Positions 18,538 through 27,945 of a stretch of 64,000 nucleotides of DNA are shown piece by piece. This DNA is from a virus. Position 1 is the first letter of the stretch. Each line of letters begins with the position of its first letter. Both the position numbers and the translations under genes were made by a program. Under the pieces are notes generated by a model. That model was not told the origin of the DNA. It did not search any database and saw only the letters and a program-made list of their open reading frames with translations. Location: positions 64,001 through 128,000 of the IMG/VR virus record IMGVR_UViG_3300025015_000011, one strand, 5' to 3'.

Positions 18538-20532
18538 TTATAATAAAGGAACTGAATTTAATCCATCGTAAACTTCAGTTCCATCATAATATAAAGGAAT
18601 TTCACCTCCAATAGTATCAGTTTCTTGAGCTGCCCTAAATAATAAAGGATATGCAAATATATCACAGGAGCCATCTGCTGTTTGTGACCCATTAAAATAA
18701 TGGGGGCCACTTTCATTTAGGTTTATACATTGAGTCCCGTCAAAGATTAAATCATCACTATATTGTAGGTCTATACTAAAAGTATCAGATAATGAAAATG
18801 TTTCATCAAAATCCTGTTCTAATATTATGGCTTTAAGTTCAGTATATGCTGGTTTAACTGTTTCTATCAATGATTTTATTGTTGATATAGTATCATTATT
18901 AAAAACAGATGTTATTTTTATATTAAAATAATGAGTTTTGAATAATTTACCATCATATAACACAAATCCATAAAAACTTTGTGGTTTATATACTTCTGCT
19001 CCTATTTGTTTCTTCCATAAATATAATACTTTGTTACTACTATCAGTTATTTTATATTTAGTGGCAAATTCTCCAATTTCAAAATTGTTAGTAAGCATGA
19101 AGTTTTTATATTCATAGGTATCTTCATCATGAAATACTTCTTCATGTTTAATAGTATTGTTTATATAGTCATAAATTCCAATACCATTTTCACTTAAAAA
19201 GAATAAAATAGATTCATCTATTTTCTTTAAAGCTACTAATGATTGTAAAGTTGTTGGTATTTTAAGATAACTATATGTTACAGAATAATCAGAAGCAAAA
19301 GATATTGATAACTTATGTAGTACACCAGAGCTAATGAAAAAGATATAGATATAATTATCAAAGATATTTTCGATTATTGAATTATCTCGGTCTACTAAAG
19401 AAAAATCATAACCACCAGCTGGTATAAGGCTAGAATAAGAAGTGGATGATTTAACTATAATAGGACTGTTGGCAACTGAAAAATCAATTATAAAATATTC
19501 TTTATTTGCTTCACAGAAGAAGACCCAAACATCTTCTTTTAAATTAACAATGGTATTTATCGAATTAGAATTTTCTTTAGTTACCCTTCCAATAATACTG
19601 TAATTGTTTATATCTCTTATTTGAATCTGAGTACCTGTATCTAGTACGATATATTCAATTTCATTTAAAGTGATAGTATCAAACCAAACACAGCCAATGG
19701 AAAAAATAGTTATTTCTGGTTCTAAATGATGGAATGCTTTAAATTCGCTACCATCTATAACAAATACTTTATTGTCATAAATTTTAAACTTTGTAGTATT
19801 GACAGAATAGTGAAACCATAAATGGTTATCATCTTCAAAAAATAATCCATTATTTGTTTGAATAAAATTATAACTATAATCACTTGTTTTATATTCAGTG
19901 ATTTGGGTTATTCCAGAACTTGTACCTAAAGATTCTTCTATTTCTGTTATTATATAATAAGAATCACTGTAAATATAACCAGCATGATAGCTTGAGTCAT
20001 CTTCATAAGTGCCTTCATAGTCAACACCTAATTGAAAGTCTTTTATAAACATATCAGGATTAACTACAAATTCTTCATAGTCTCTTGTCCACACATCTTC
20101 AAGTTGAACAAGTATAGCAATACCATAAAACAATCTGATTATACTTTCAGGTGTTCCTTTAAGTAGATATCTATCAGCAGATTCTTTAACATATAGCCTT
20201 TGCTTTTGTATTAAGACATCATCAAGGGAAAAAGTTAAATCTTCTAAATCTGTTAATCCTAAAAGTAATCCTAACTGATAAACATACCTAGGATGAGCAG
20301 AATTAATATCATATATTTCATATATCTTCTTTAATTTAGTATAGACTATATTAAATATGTCTTCTGTTATATTAAAGAATTTTAAAGAGCGATATTGTTC
20401 TGTACCTAATATTTTTTCAGTGTAAAATTTAGGCAGAAGTTCTAGTATTTTACCATCAAAACTAAAAGGCTTTTTTGTAGAAACAGAATATTCGCCCTTT
20501 GATGTTAATTTAAGGTCTATAGTATCAGTCAT
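18538..20532 (-). CDS. Baseplate wedge protein (gp7 / P2 gpI-like)
   Basis: YLLKGTPESI and IETVKPAYT motifs; follows gp6. Confidence 0.65.
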   Translation of the reverse strand: MTDTIDLKLTSKGEYSVSTKKPFSFDGKILELLPKFYTEKILGTEQYRSLKFFNITEDIFNIVYTKLKKIYEIYDINSAHPRYVYQLGLLLGLTDLEDLTFSLDDVLIQKQRLYVKESADRYLLKGTPESIIRLFYGIAILVQLEDVWTRDYEEFVVNPDMFIKDFQLGVDYEGTYEDDSSYHAGYIYSDSYYIITEIEESLGTSSGITQITEYKTSDYSYNFIQTNNGLFFEDDNHLWFHYSVNTTKFKIYDNKVFVIDGSEFKAFHHLEPEITIFSIGCVWFDTITLNEIEYIVLDTGTQIQIRDINNYSIIGRVTKENSNSINTIVNLKEDVWVFFCEANKEYFIIDFSVANSPIIVKSSTSYSSLIPAGGYDFSLVDRDNSIIENIFDNYIYIFFISSGVLHKLSISFASDYSVTYSYLKIPTTLQSLVALKKIDESILFFLSENGIGIYDYINNTIKHEEVFHDEDTYEYKNFMLTNNFEIGEFATKYKITDSSNKVLYLWKKQIGAEVYKPQSFYGFVLYDGKLFKTHYFNIKITSVFNNDTISTIKSLIETVKPAYTELKAIILEQDFDETFSLSDTFSIDLQYSDDLIFDGTQCINLNESGPHYFNGSQTADGSCDIFAYPLLFRAAQETDTIGGEIPLYYDGTEVYDGLNSVPLL

Positions 20533-22184
20533 TGTAATGTAATTGTAATATCATTTAATTTAGGAAATTCTGTTCCTATTAATTGAATATTAGCATTCGT
20601 AGGGTCAGAAGGACTATCTTCTCTTTGCATTTCTAAATTTATAGACTTTACACCTTCAATACTTTTTAATAAATCAACTAAATCAGAATGTAGTAATAAT
20701 TCCCCTATGCTTCTATTTTCTTTAGTGAAGTAATCTGTTATTACTTCTTTAAGTTTCATTTCAATTTCCGCAATAGTCTTACTAGTTGATGTTTTAGTAT
20801 ATTTTACATCTATATTTACTAGAATGTATTCAGGATCTAAATAAATATGGTTCACAGTAACCATTTTATAGTCAGCCAAGAAAGTATCAATATTATTTCT
20901 TAATGTATTTGTTATATAATCTCCAAATCTTGGAACCATTAATAAGTAAATATTATTAAAATAAATAATATTTTTGGTTTGTTCAGGTCCGTACATTATA
21001 GTATGTGCTTCTGCTTGAGTTAACCCTGCATTGAGTAATAAAGTTTCTAGCTCAATTAGTTCTTCTTCGGACAATCTTTCATTTAGTTGTGATTCGCTAG
21101 AAATTAAATCTTTATAATTTAAAGCTTTTACTGCATAAATATATTCATTAAAATTAGAAGTGATAATATCTTCATAATCCTGCTTTGTCACTGCCCTATT
21201 TTGAGTTCTATAAAAAGCAGGAGCATACTGTCTGAGTTGGTCTTCTGATTCTGGATTCAGTCCACCAGTAGCCTGTTCTGACTGGGTTATGGTAAACTTT
21301 GACAGTTCGAGGACTATAGAATTAACATCAGAATCTGTTTCTATAATATCATTTTCTAAAGAAGTTATTAATCCTGTATTAATATTACCAAGAGAACCAA
21401 GAGAGCTGATATATCTAATCTTTATTGTATTATCAACAGGCGGAATAGCCCCAAATATACCATCACCAAAAGCTATTTCAACTTTTTTATTTTTATTGAA
21501 TCTTGTAGTATATATTTTAGAGGTAGAATCAGTATTTTTATACATATTATCTACCTGTTCCCATACTACATCATTTACTGTAACTATGATATATTCTTCA
21601 ATTGCATTCTCATCTGTTATAATAAATTTTTGAAATGCAGAACCATCTGAAACAAATGATACTTCATCACCAATATTTGTAGGATTCCCTTGCACAAGCG
21701 GAATATCAAATGCTATTGATTGACCACTTAAAGGAGCCGATAAAGAACTTGTATCTATAACAAAAACAGCATCAATAGGATTGGTGAAATATATAACATC
21801 ACCATCAGCAGATGGTTCAGAACAAAGGAATCTACTAAATTTAGGAATAGTTATTTTATAATTATCTTTATTTGTTAAATTATACTCTGCACTTTTAGAT
21901 GTTAAAGTAATATCAACAGTAGATGATTTATAACCCCCAGGCTTATAACCCACTAATTCAGACAATTTATTTAAATTTTCATATAATGAAGCGGTTTGTA
22001 TAAAAGATTCATTGGCTATCATATTAGTATAGTAACCAAAAATATCACCAACATAAGATATTAATTCAAGAAGTGTGTTGATATGAGCACCAGAAAAATT
22101 ATAATCTTTCCAGCTTTCTTCTTGTGAAAGTTTGGCAATAAGGGCTTCCTTAATAGCTAAAAAATCATATGCAGTATAGTTCAT
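20529..22184 (-). CDS. gp6: Baseplate wedge subunit gp6
   Basis: DFLAIK...WKDYNFSG..., FGDGIFG, TQNRAVTKQDY. Confidence 0.9.
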   Translation of the reverse strand: MNYTAYDFLAIKEALIAKLSQEESWKDYNFSGAHINTLLELISYVGDIFGYYTNMIANESFIQTASLYENLNKLSELVGYKPGGYKSSTVDITLTSKSAEYNLTNKDNYKITIPKFSRFLCSEPSADGDVIYFTNPIDAVFVIDTSSLSAPLSGQSIAFDIPLVQGNPTNIGDEVSFVSDGSAFQKFIITDENAIEEYIIVTVNDVVWEQVDNMYKNTDSTSKIYTTRFNKNKKVEIAFGDGIFGAIPPVDNTIKIRYISSLGSLGNINTGLITSLENDIIETDSDVNSIVLELSKFTITQSEQATGGLNPESEDQLRQYAPAFYRTQNRAVTKQDYEDIITSNFNEYIYAVKALNYKDLISSESQLNERLSEEELIELETLLLNAGLTQAEAHTIMYGPEQTKNIIYFNNIYLLMVPRFGDYITNTLRNNIDTFLADYKMVTVNHIYLDPEYILVNIDVKYTKTSTSKTIAEIEMKLKEVITDYFTKENRSIGELLLHSDLVDLLKSIEGVKSINLEMQREDSPSDPTNANIQLIGTEFPKLNDITITLQ

Positions 22185-22188
22185 TTAA

Positions 22189-22575
22189 TTATACTTTCTC
22201 CAGAATTAATGAAATTGTGCCACTCTTTTGAGTGTTTAAAATTTGATACTCCATAAATAGTTCATAACCAGAAATATCATAATTTACATTAATTGATATT
22301 TCAGTCAGTTTGATTCTCTCCCATTCCCATCTTGTTAAAGCAAATTTAAGTTCATCAATAATAGCTGAAGCAGTTTGTGTATCTAAAGGCTCAAATAATA
22401 AATTTTGTAAATTAGTACCATATTCTGGATTGCATAATCTTTCACCTTTCATAGTAAAGAAAAGTGAAGTAAGAGATTGATTTATGGCAGTGTCATTTGT
22501 CACTGCTAAAACATCATTTGAACTAGAAACTTTTCTATATTTAAAATCAAGGTCAGAGTAAATTATATCTGCCAT
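22189..22575 (-). CDS. gp25: Baseplate wedge subunit gp25
   Basis: YSDLD...AINQSL...KGERL.NPEYG..L..LLFEP. Confidence 0.9.
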   Translation of the reverse strand: MADIIYSDLDFKYRKVSSSNDVLAVTNDTAINQSLTSLFFTMKGERLCNPEYGTNLQNLLFEPLDTQTASAIIDELKFALTRWEWERIKLTEISINVNYDISGYELFMEYQILNTQKSGTISLILEKV

Positions 22576-23078
22576 TATTCTATCCTAAAATAGTTATAAG
22601 CAAAGGTAGCATTAACAAGTACATCATCAGCATTATCTGAAACATACGTAAATGGTATTTCTGAAAGGTTGACTGGGAAAGCATCAAAAAAGGTTATGAT
22701 AGCTTTAGGGTTCTTTTTATTTGTTAATATATGCAGGGATATATCTGCTTTAGTCCTCTCATTTAAACCGAACCTTGATGGGTCTTTAGCAGCAATAATC
22801 CAATTATATATGAATTTATAGTTAGTAAAAGGTTCATTCAAAGCATAAGTAATAGTGAAGTTTTCAAAAGTAATATTCTTTGATGGTTGTTTAAAATCAA
22901 GAAACTGAGATGGAAGGATGGTTAGTTCCATACTGACCTGAGGTAGATTAACCCCTTTGCAGTATAATAGAACCTGGTCACCTCTTTCTTTTTCTGCACC
23001 AATCTCAAGGAAAGGTAAAAAAGGAAAAAGTAACTTATAGTTTGTTTCTTGTGCAGTACTAAGGTTTAAGGTAGAAAT
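22575..23078 (-). CDS. gp3: Tail tube terminator gp3-like; probable ATT start at 23078
   Basis: Track ORF (ATG 22931) extends 49 codons in frame (ISTLNLSTAQETNYKLL...YCKGVNLPQVS) to an ATT 7 nt after AGGAG; FFDAFPVNLS...ATFAY C-terminus. Confidence 0.7.
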   Translation of the reverse strand: MSTLNLSTAQETNYKLLFPFLPFLEIGAEKERGDQVLLYCKGVNLPQVSMELTILPSQFLDFKQPSKNITFENFTITYALNEPFTNYKFIYNWIIAAKDPSRFGLNERTKADISLHILTNKKNPKAIITFFDAFPVNLSEIPFTYVSDNADDVLVNATFAYNYFRIE

Positions 23079-23080
23079 GG

Positions 23081-23129
23081 TAAAACTCCTTCACTATTTA
23101 AAATATTTATAATAAGTGAAGGAGTTTTA
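23081..23129 (-). promoter_or_regulatory. SD-sequestering hairpin with late promoter TATAAATA (23104..23111) in its loop
   Basis: Perfect 15-bp inverted repeat taaaactccttcact / agtgaaggagtttta; the 3' arm on the minus strand contains the gp3 SD. Confidence 0.8.
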
Positions 23130-23131
23130 GA

Positions 23132-23509
23132 CTAAAACTTTATATCTTCTGGTGGTTTTGGTTCAAACTGACTACAATATCCCTTTCTCATAACATATTT
23201 ATTCGCCATTGGACAGAAAAGGTCTGTCCCCATACTATATGGATATGCACAATTACCGCAGACCTTTCCTGAAACAGGTCTATTAATATCTGGGTCTTCC
23301 TGACTTGATGGAACTTCTGTAGATTTTGTTCTCAATATTTTATCTGGTTCAGCATAAAAGATTTCAGTTTCTATTGTAATTTTGACAAGAGAAGGGACTT
23401 TAATTGATATTTTAATTTTTGAGTTATTGTCAATATTTAACCCATTTTTAATCAACTCAATAAATTCTTCACTTGTGAGTTCTATTCTCTTAGATTCTTT
23501 GATGTTCAT
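23132..23509 (-). CDS. Hypothetical protein with C-terminal Cys cluster
   Basis: CGNC...C...C motif. Confidence 0.5.
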   Translation of the reverse strand: MNIKESKRIELTSEEFIELIKNGLNIDNNSKIKISIKVPSLVKITIETEIFYAEPDKILRTKSTEVPSSQEDPDINRPVSGKVCGNCAYPYSMGTDLFCPMANKYVMRKGYCSQFEPKPPEDIKF

Positions 23510-23516
23510 CTTTTAC

Positions 23517-23777
23517 TCAGCTTTCTTTATGTGTTATTTGTATTGAAAGAACTCTGTTAAATTCTGTTGTAATTTCTTCTATATTTTCTATTGGCTGATC
23601 CTTCCAACGATTTCCAGAATGAAGGGAAATCATTAAATAATCATCAAAGGCAGTTTGAGCTAAGATATAAACATCTCCACCATCTTTTTCTTGCCACAAA
23701 GAACCACGATGTTCATCAAGGTTAACACGAGGTACCGGTAATGATTTAATGATTTCTATTTCATTGAAAATTTCCAT
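23517..23777 (-). CDS. Hypothetical protein
   Basis: 86 aa, SD GGAG. Confidence 0.5.
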   Translation of the reverse strand: MEIFNEIEIIKSLPVPRVNLDEHRGSLWQEKDGGDVYILAQTAFDDYLMISLHSGNRWKDQPIENIEEITTEFNRVLSIQITHKES

Positions 23778-23778
23778 T

Positions 23779-25128
23779 TTACTCCTCCTTATACTGTTTT
23801 ATTTTATTTAAAAGATAATCACTGTTATTCTTTTCTGGATCTTCAAGGACTTCTTCAAATAAAGCCTTGAGAACTTGCCCCACTTCAGGGCCCGGAGAGA
23901 TATTGAGCACTTCCATAACGTCATTTCCACAGACCTTTAAATCAGCAATCTTGAAAGCAGCATCTTCCTCAAGTATTTTTTGGAATCTCTGTTTTAGTTT
24001 AGTATCAGCAATGTTAAGTTCAGATACAGATTTCTTGCCATTTCCAACTCTATCACCATATTTTAAAATACATAGAGCATCTACGTGCTCTAGACCTAAA
24101 GAAGATACAAATCTTCTGATAGCAGAGTCCTTCATATCATCTGAACATTTGAACATATGGTGAGACACCAAATTCAGGATATAGTTAGAATCATCATTAC
24201 TGAATTTCATCCTTCTCATGATTTTATCTGCTATTTTAACAGACTCTAACTCGTGTGTATGGAAAGTATAATCACCATTTTCAAATTTCCTTGAAGGGAC
24301 TTTTCCTAAATCATGAAAAAGAGTGGCCCATCTGATTAATGGATATTCCTTTGGTATAGCATTTAGAGCATGAATGGTATGCCAAAAGACATCATATTTA
24401 TGGTGTTTATTTTGCTCAAATCCATAAGTCTCAGAAAGTTCTGGCATAATTTTATCCAGGTTCACTGTGGCACTTAAACAGGCTATCATTGTACCTGGTT
24501 TATCTGCTTTAGCAAAACATTTATCAAATTCAGCTTTTATTCTTTCTATAGAAACAATCTTTTCCCAAGGATGAACAGATGCCTCCCATAATGCTTCTAT
24601 TGTCTGGTCTTCTATTTCAAAATTTAAAGTAGCCTTAAATCTATAAGCTCTGAGCATCCTGAGATAGTCTTCTTTAAACCTATCCACAGGGCACCCAACA
24701 GAGCGTATCTTCTTGTTTCCTATGTCAGCAATGCCATTGTATGGGTCAATGTAAGAACCATTGAGTACATCAAAGGCTAACGCATTTATGGTAAAGTCTC
24801 TCCTACTTAAATCTTCTTCAATAGAATCAGCATATTCAACAGTGGCATTTCTACCATCACATGAAACGTCTTTTCTGAAAGTAGTTATTTCATATGGGAA
24901 GGTATCATACAAAACAGTAACAGTCCCATGAGCAATACCAGTAGGAAGGACTTTATATCCTAATTTATTAAATATATCAAAGACTTCTTCTGGTGTAGCT
25001 TTAGTTGCTATATCAATATCACCTGAAGGTACTTTAAGGATAGTATCTCTTACCCATCCCCCAACAATATAAGAAGGGAATCCTTTGCTGTGAAGGATTT
25101 TTATTATTTCATAAGACCCAGATATCAT
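23779..25128 (-). CDS. cca: Class II CCA tRNA nucleotidyltransferase with HD domain
   Basis: VGGWVRD, DIDIAT, RRDFTINA, EDYLRMLR, SIERI..E, FHDLGK. Confidence 0.92.
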   Translation of the reverse strand: MISGSYEIIKILHSKGFPSYIVGGWVRDTILKVPSGDIDIATKATPEEVFDIFNKLGYKVLPTGIAHGTVTVLYDTFPYEITTFRKDVSCDGRNATVEYADSIEEDLSRRDFTINALAFDVLNGSYIDPYNGIADIGNKKIRSVGCPVDRFKEDYLRMLRAYRFKATLNFEIEDQTIEALWEASVHPWEKIVSIERIKAEFDKCFAKADKPGTMIACLSATVNLDKIMPELSETYGFEQNKHHKYDVFWHTIHALNAIPKEYPLIRWATLFHDLGKVPSRKFENGDYTFHTHELESVKIADKIMRRMKFSNDDSNYILNLVSHHMFKCSDDMKDSAIRRFVSSLGLEHVDALCILKYGDRVGNGKKSVSELNIADTKLKQRFQKILEEDAAFKIADLKVCGNDVMEVLNISPGPEVGQVLKALFEEVLEDPEKNNSDYLLNKIKQYKEE

Positions 25129-25460
25129 TTCTTACCTTCAAATTTCTTCTTAAGTCTCTCAAATTCTGCAAATTCCTTTGCTTCTTTCTCGAATTTAGCA
25201 TTTTTGTTAGCTAATGCAATTTTTTTCTTTTTCTCTATTCTCTTATTATATTCAGCATCAGTTTCAAATCTAGTCCCAATTAAAGCTAAGTCCCAATTAT
25301 CACTAAATTTATCTTGGCGATTTTCAATTGAAAGATTAACATAACCCTTTTCATGGTATTCTTTAGAAAGTTCCTGTAAAGAAACTATTAAATCTTCAAG
25401 TTTCTTATCTCCAAAGTCCAAACAAGAAATTAAATCCTCTGATATTAATTTCCTTATCAT
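25125..25460 (-). CDS. Hypothetical protein
   Basis: 111 aa, RFETDAEY motif, basic helical C-terminus, SD GAGGTG. Confidence 0.55.
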   Translation of the reverse strand: MIRKLISEDLISCLDFGDKKLEDLIVSLQELSKEYHEKGYVNLSIENRQDKFSDNWDLALIGTRFETDAEYNKRIEKKKKIALANKNAKFEKEAKEFAEFERLKKKFEGKK

Positions 25461-25489
25461 TTATATCACCTCATTCATTTGATATAATG

Positions 25490-25517
25490 ATTATATCAAA
25501 AAGGAATTGTTTGTCAA
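25490..25517 (-). promoter_or_regulatory. Sigma70-type early promoter
   Basis: TTGACA-N16-TATAAT with extended TG; shares TTCTTGACAAACAATTC with the promoter at 47492. Confidence 0.75.
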
Positions 25518-25524
25518 GAATAAT

Positions 25525-26229
25525 TTATTCTATCACACCATCAATTCCTTTTATATACCACCTGGCTTGAGTGAATATAGGAATTTCTTCATCTTTTACC
25601 CATTGACCTTCAGAATCTTGTATTATACACCAACCTCTCTTATAACCAGTTTTCAAATCATTCCAATTAAATCCTTTTTTGAGCATGAGCATATCTTGAA
25701 TCTGAGAATTATTCTTTCCTTGTAGTTCTTTATGTGAAAAATGAGCCTGACCTAACATCTGCACTGAATTTCTTGAAGCATCCTGCTGTCTCCAGACAAA
25801 GTAATTAACTACTTCTTCTTTTGGAACAGTAAAAGCTCTGCTATCAAACATGGCTAACTGAGGGTTAAGCTCATAAGATGAAGCCAAACGATTAAAATGT
25901 GCAGTAGCAATACTTGCAGAAACTGATGTTATTTTCTGTAGATTCTTCCCAAACCAAGGTTCAGTATTCAGTTTGTCATAATCAGTTACTAATATGGATA
26001 TTTCATCTGATTGAACATAAGCCAGCTTAGCTCCAGGAATATTCATACATAACTGAATAGCGGTATAGTTCATGCAGTTAATTAAAGTATCATCCCATGG
26101 CCTTTTCAATCTCTTTGTAAATGTGTGAAATGCTTTACCATCAATTCTGATAATTAAAGGCATTCTTCTTGTTAAATGAGTCTGAGATACTGCTTCATAT
26201 TTCTTCATTCTGTCACCAAGTGAATCCAT
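25525..26229 (-). CDS. thg1: tRNA(His) guanylyltransferase Thg1-like 3'-5' polymerase
   Basis: MDSLGDRMKKYE, IRIDGKAFHTFT, YVQSDEISIL, FDSRAF, WRQQDASRNS. Start likely 26229 (TAATG coupling, SD GGAGG). Confidence 0.92.
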   Translation of the reverse strand: MDSLGDRMKKYEAVSQTHLTRRMPLIIRIDGKAFHTFTKRLKRPWDDTLINCMNYTAIQLCMNIPGAKLAYVQSDEISILVTDYDKLNTEPWFGKNLQKITSVSASIATAHFNRLASSYELNPQLAMFDSRAFTVPKEEVVNYFVWRQQDASRNSVQMLGQAHFSHKELQGKNNSQIQDMLMLKKGFNWNDLKTGYKRGWCIIQDSEGQWVKDEEIPIFTQARWYIKGIDGVIE

Positions 26230-26999
26230 TATTTCCTCCCATTCCAAAAATCTTCAAGTAATGATATTTGCAATTCATTTATCTTTTCATAATCAGGTTT
26301 AGATGGTAAATTTGAATTAATATAAGATAGTTCTAATTGTCGTTCATATACTTCAAACATTTCCATTATCTCTTGAAGAGAATATTTGCCTCTTTTGATA
26401 TCTAGTAACAAATTGTTATGGTGAGTTGGGAGAGTTAAATTACCTTCTTTAAGAAGCTCTATCCCGAATAACATTAAACGGATAGTATGACTTGCAAATT
26501 TGCAATCAAATCCATATTTATCAAAAATTTCTTTACGTGAACCTATTCTGTTTTGACTTAGCATCTTCCATTTTTGAGAATATGCATATCCTCCAAAACG
26601 GTGTTTTATTCTCAAGGATAAAAAAATCTCTTTATTTGTTAAGATTCTTTGACCAAATTCTGTTTTATGTTGTATACATTTTTCTGGCACAAATAAAGTC
26701 TCAATTAAAGAAGGATTTCCTTCTGCAAGTAGATGAAAATACTTTATAAGAGAATAAACAACAAAATCTTTATCATCTTTGGTATTTCCTACTCCTGAAG
26801 ATGATGAGTTAGTCCTTTCTTCAAACTGTTCAAATTTACCAAGACCTATTACAAAATCCTTAGGTGGTATACAAACACCCATGAAATCTTCATCAGAATC
26901 TTGAGTATTAGTCCCATACATCTGAGACCCTACTCTAAATTTGAGTATCATTCCATTTTCAGATATTTCTTTTTTGAGTTTATCTGTTAGCGTTATCAT
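26229..26999 (-). CDS. RlaP-like pol-beta nucleotidyltransferase
   Basis: GSQMYGTNTQDSDEDFMGV, GNPSLIETLF, FDCKFASHTIRL, LLDIKRG, LPSKPD. Confidence 0.85.
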   Translation of the reverse strand: MITLTDKLKKEISENGMILKFRVGSQMYGTNTQDSDEDFMGVCIPPKDFVIGLGKFEQFEERTNSSSSGVGNTKDDKDFVVYSLIKYFHLLAEGNPSLIETLFVPEKCIQHKTEFGQRILTNKEIFLSLRIKHRFGGYAYSQKWKMLSQNRIGSRKEIFDKYGFDCKFASHTIRLMLFGIELLKEGNLTLPTHHNNLLLDIKRGKYSLQEIMEMFEVYERQLELSYINSNLPSKPDYEKINELQISLLEDFWNGRK

Positions 27000-27244
27000 T
27001 CTACTGTCTCTACAAAGTCACTATATTCCAAAACAGGTAAAGTTAATGCTTTCTTCATCATATTTAAATCATTTTTAAGTTCTGCTAAAGTACTACCATG
27101 AGGTTCCATTGAGTCTACTGATATTGAATAAGGCTTCTTTGACCTTTTGGTTTTGTAGTATGCTTCATGAATGGCATACAATTCTTCAATTTCTCCAAAA
27201 ACTTTTACTACTTCTTGTCTAACTATTCTATAATTCCAGGGCAT
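26996..27244 (-). CDS. Hypothetical protein
   Basis: WNYRIV...AIHEAYY motif. Confidence 0.6.
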   Translation of the reverse strand: MPWNYRIVRQEVVKVFGEIEELYAIHEAYYKTKRSKKPYSISVDSMEPHGSTLAELKNDLNMMKKALTLPVLEYSDFVETVE

Positions 27245-27246
27245 AA

Positions 27247-27672
27247 TTATCTCCTTAAAATTTCAATTGCTTTATCCGCATGTTGTTCTTGAAGTCCAAT
27301 TTCAAAACTAGTTTGAATATGTTTAGTATTTCCCACAAGATTCTCATCATCAAGAATAACAAAATTTTCAACTTCAGGATGAGCCCTTATCCAAGTTCTT
27401 ATTTCATCCCATCTTGACAGGCAAGATAAGATGGGAGTAGTAGATAAAACTCTGCTGCTATCAAGACCTGATAAAGTAAACCATTCTTTTATTTCTGAAA
27501 TACTTTTACCATATCTCCAAGTACTTGAAAGAACTACCATAGCATCAGTATTATCAAGTATCTTTTTTAAATGTGGTATATGGTCAGGATGAAACGGCTT
27601 GCCCTTCCAAGGAAAAGTCAATCCACCTCGGTGGTTCATTACACCATCAATGTCTAAAAATATTATGTTCAT
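27247..27672 (-). CDS. HAD-family phosphatase (RNA-repair HAD_SAK_2-like)
   Basis: IIFLDIDGVMN, VVLSSTWR, R.DEI..W, FVILDD, GL. Confidence 0.85.
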   Translation of the reverse strand: MNIIFLDIDGVMNHRGGLTFPWKGKPFHPDHIPHLKKILDNTDAMVVLSSTWRYGKSISEIKEWFTLSGLDSSRVLSTTPILSCLSRWDEIRTWIRAHPEVENFVILDDENLVGNTKHIQTSFEIGLQEQHADKAIEILRR

Positions 27673-27680
27673 ATAAGTTT

Positions 27681-27754
27681 TGGTGGGCTTACCAGGAATC
27701 GGACCTGAGTCAATCGGTTAAAAGCCGAAGGCTTTACCACTAAGCTATAAGCCC
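27681..27754 (-). tRNA. trnK: tRNA-Lys(UUU) with encoded CCA
   Basis: GGGCTTA TA GCTT-AGTGGTA-AAGC C TTCGG-CTTTTAA-CCGAT TGAC TCAGG-TCCGATT-CCTGG TAAGCCC A CCA. Confidence 0.92.
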
Positions 27755-27804
27755 ATATTAAATTTTAAGCAGTTTATTACCGTGACATGCTCAGGTCAGC
27801 TTCA

Positions 27805-27927
27805 TTATTCTTCTTTCTTTACTTTACCACATCTTTCCATTCTTTCATCATATATTTTCTTGATTACCTTTTCAACCTTTTTCCTTTGCTCATCCTTTAT
27901 ATGTTGTTTCAAATCAAACTTTCCCAT
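27805..27927 (-). CDS. Small basic hypothetical protein (40 aa)
   Basis: MGKFDLKQHIKDEQRKKVEK..., just downstream of a late promoter; below track cutoff. Confidence 0.45.
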   Translation of the reverse strand: MGKFDLKQHIKDEQRKKVEKVIKKIYDERMERCGKVKKEE

Positions 27928-27945
27928 ATAAATCTCTCAACTTTC

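Noticed and set aside
27640-27681. Theta/HDV-like ribozyme after the tRNA
   Set aside because: CCA is encoded and the HAD gene starts 9 nt later; there is no room or recognisable fold.
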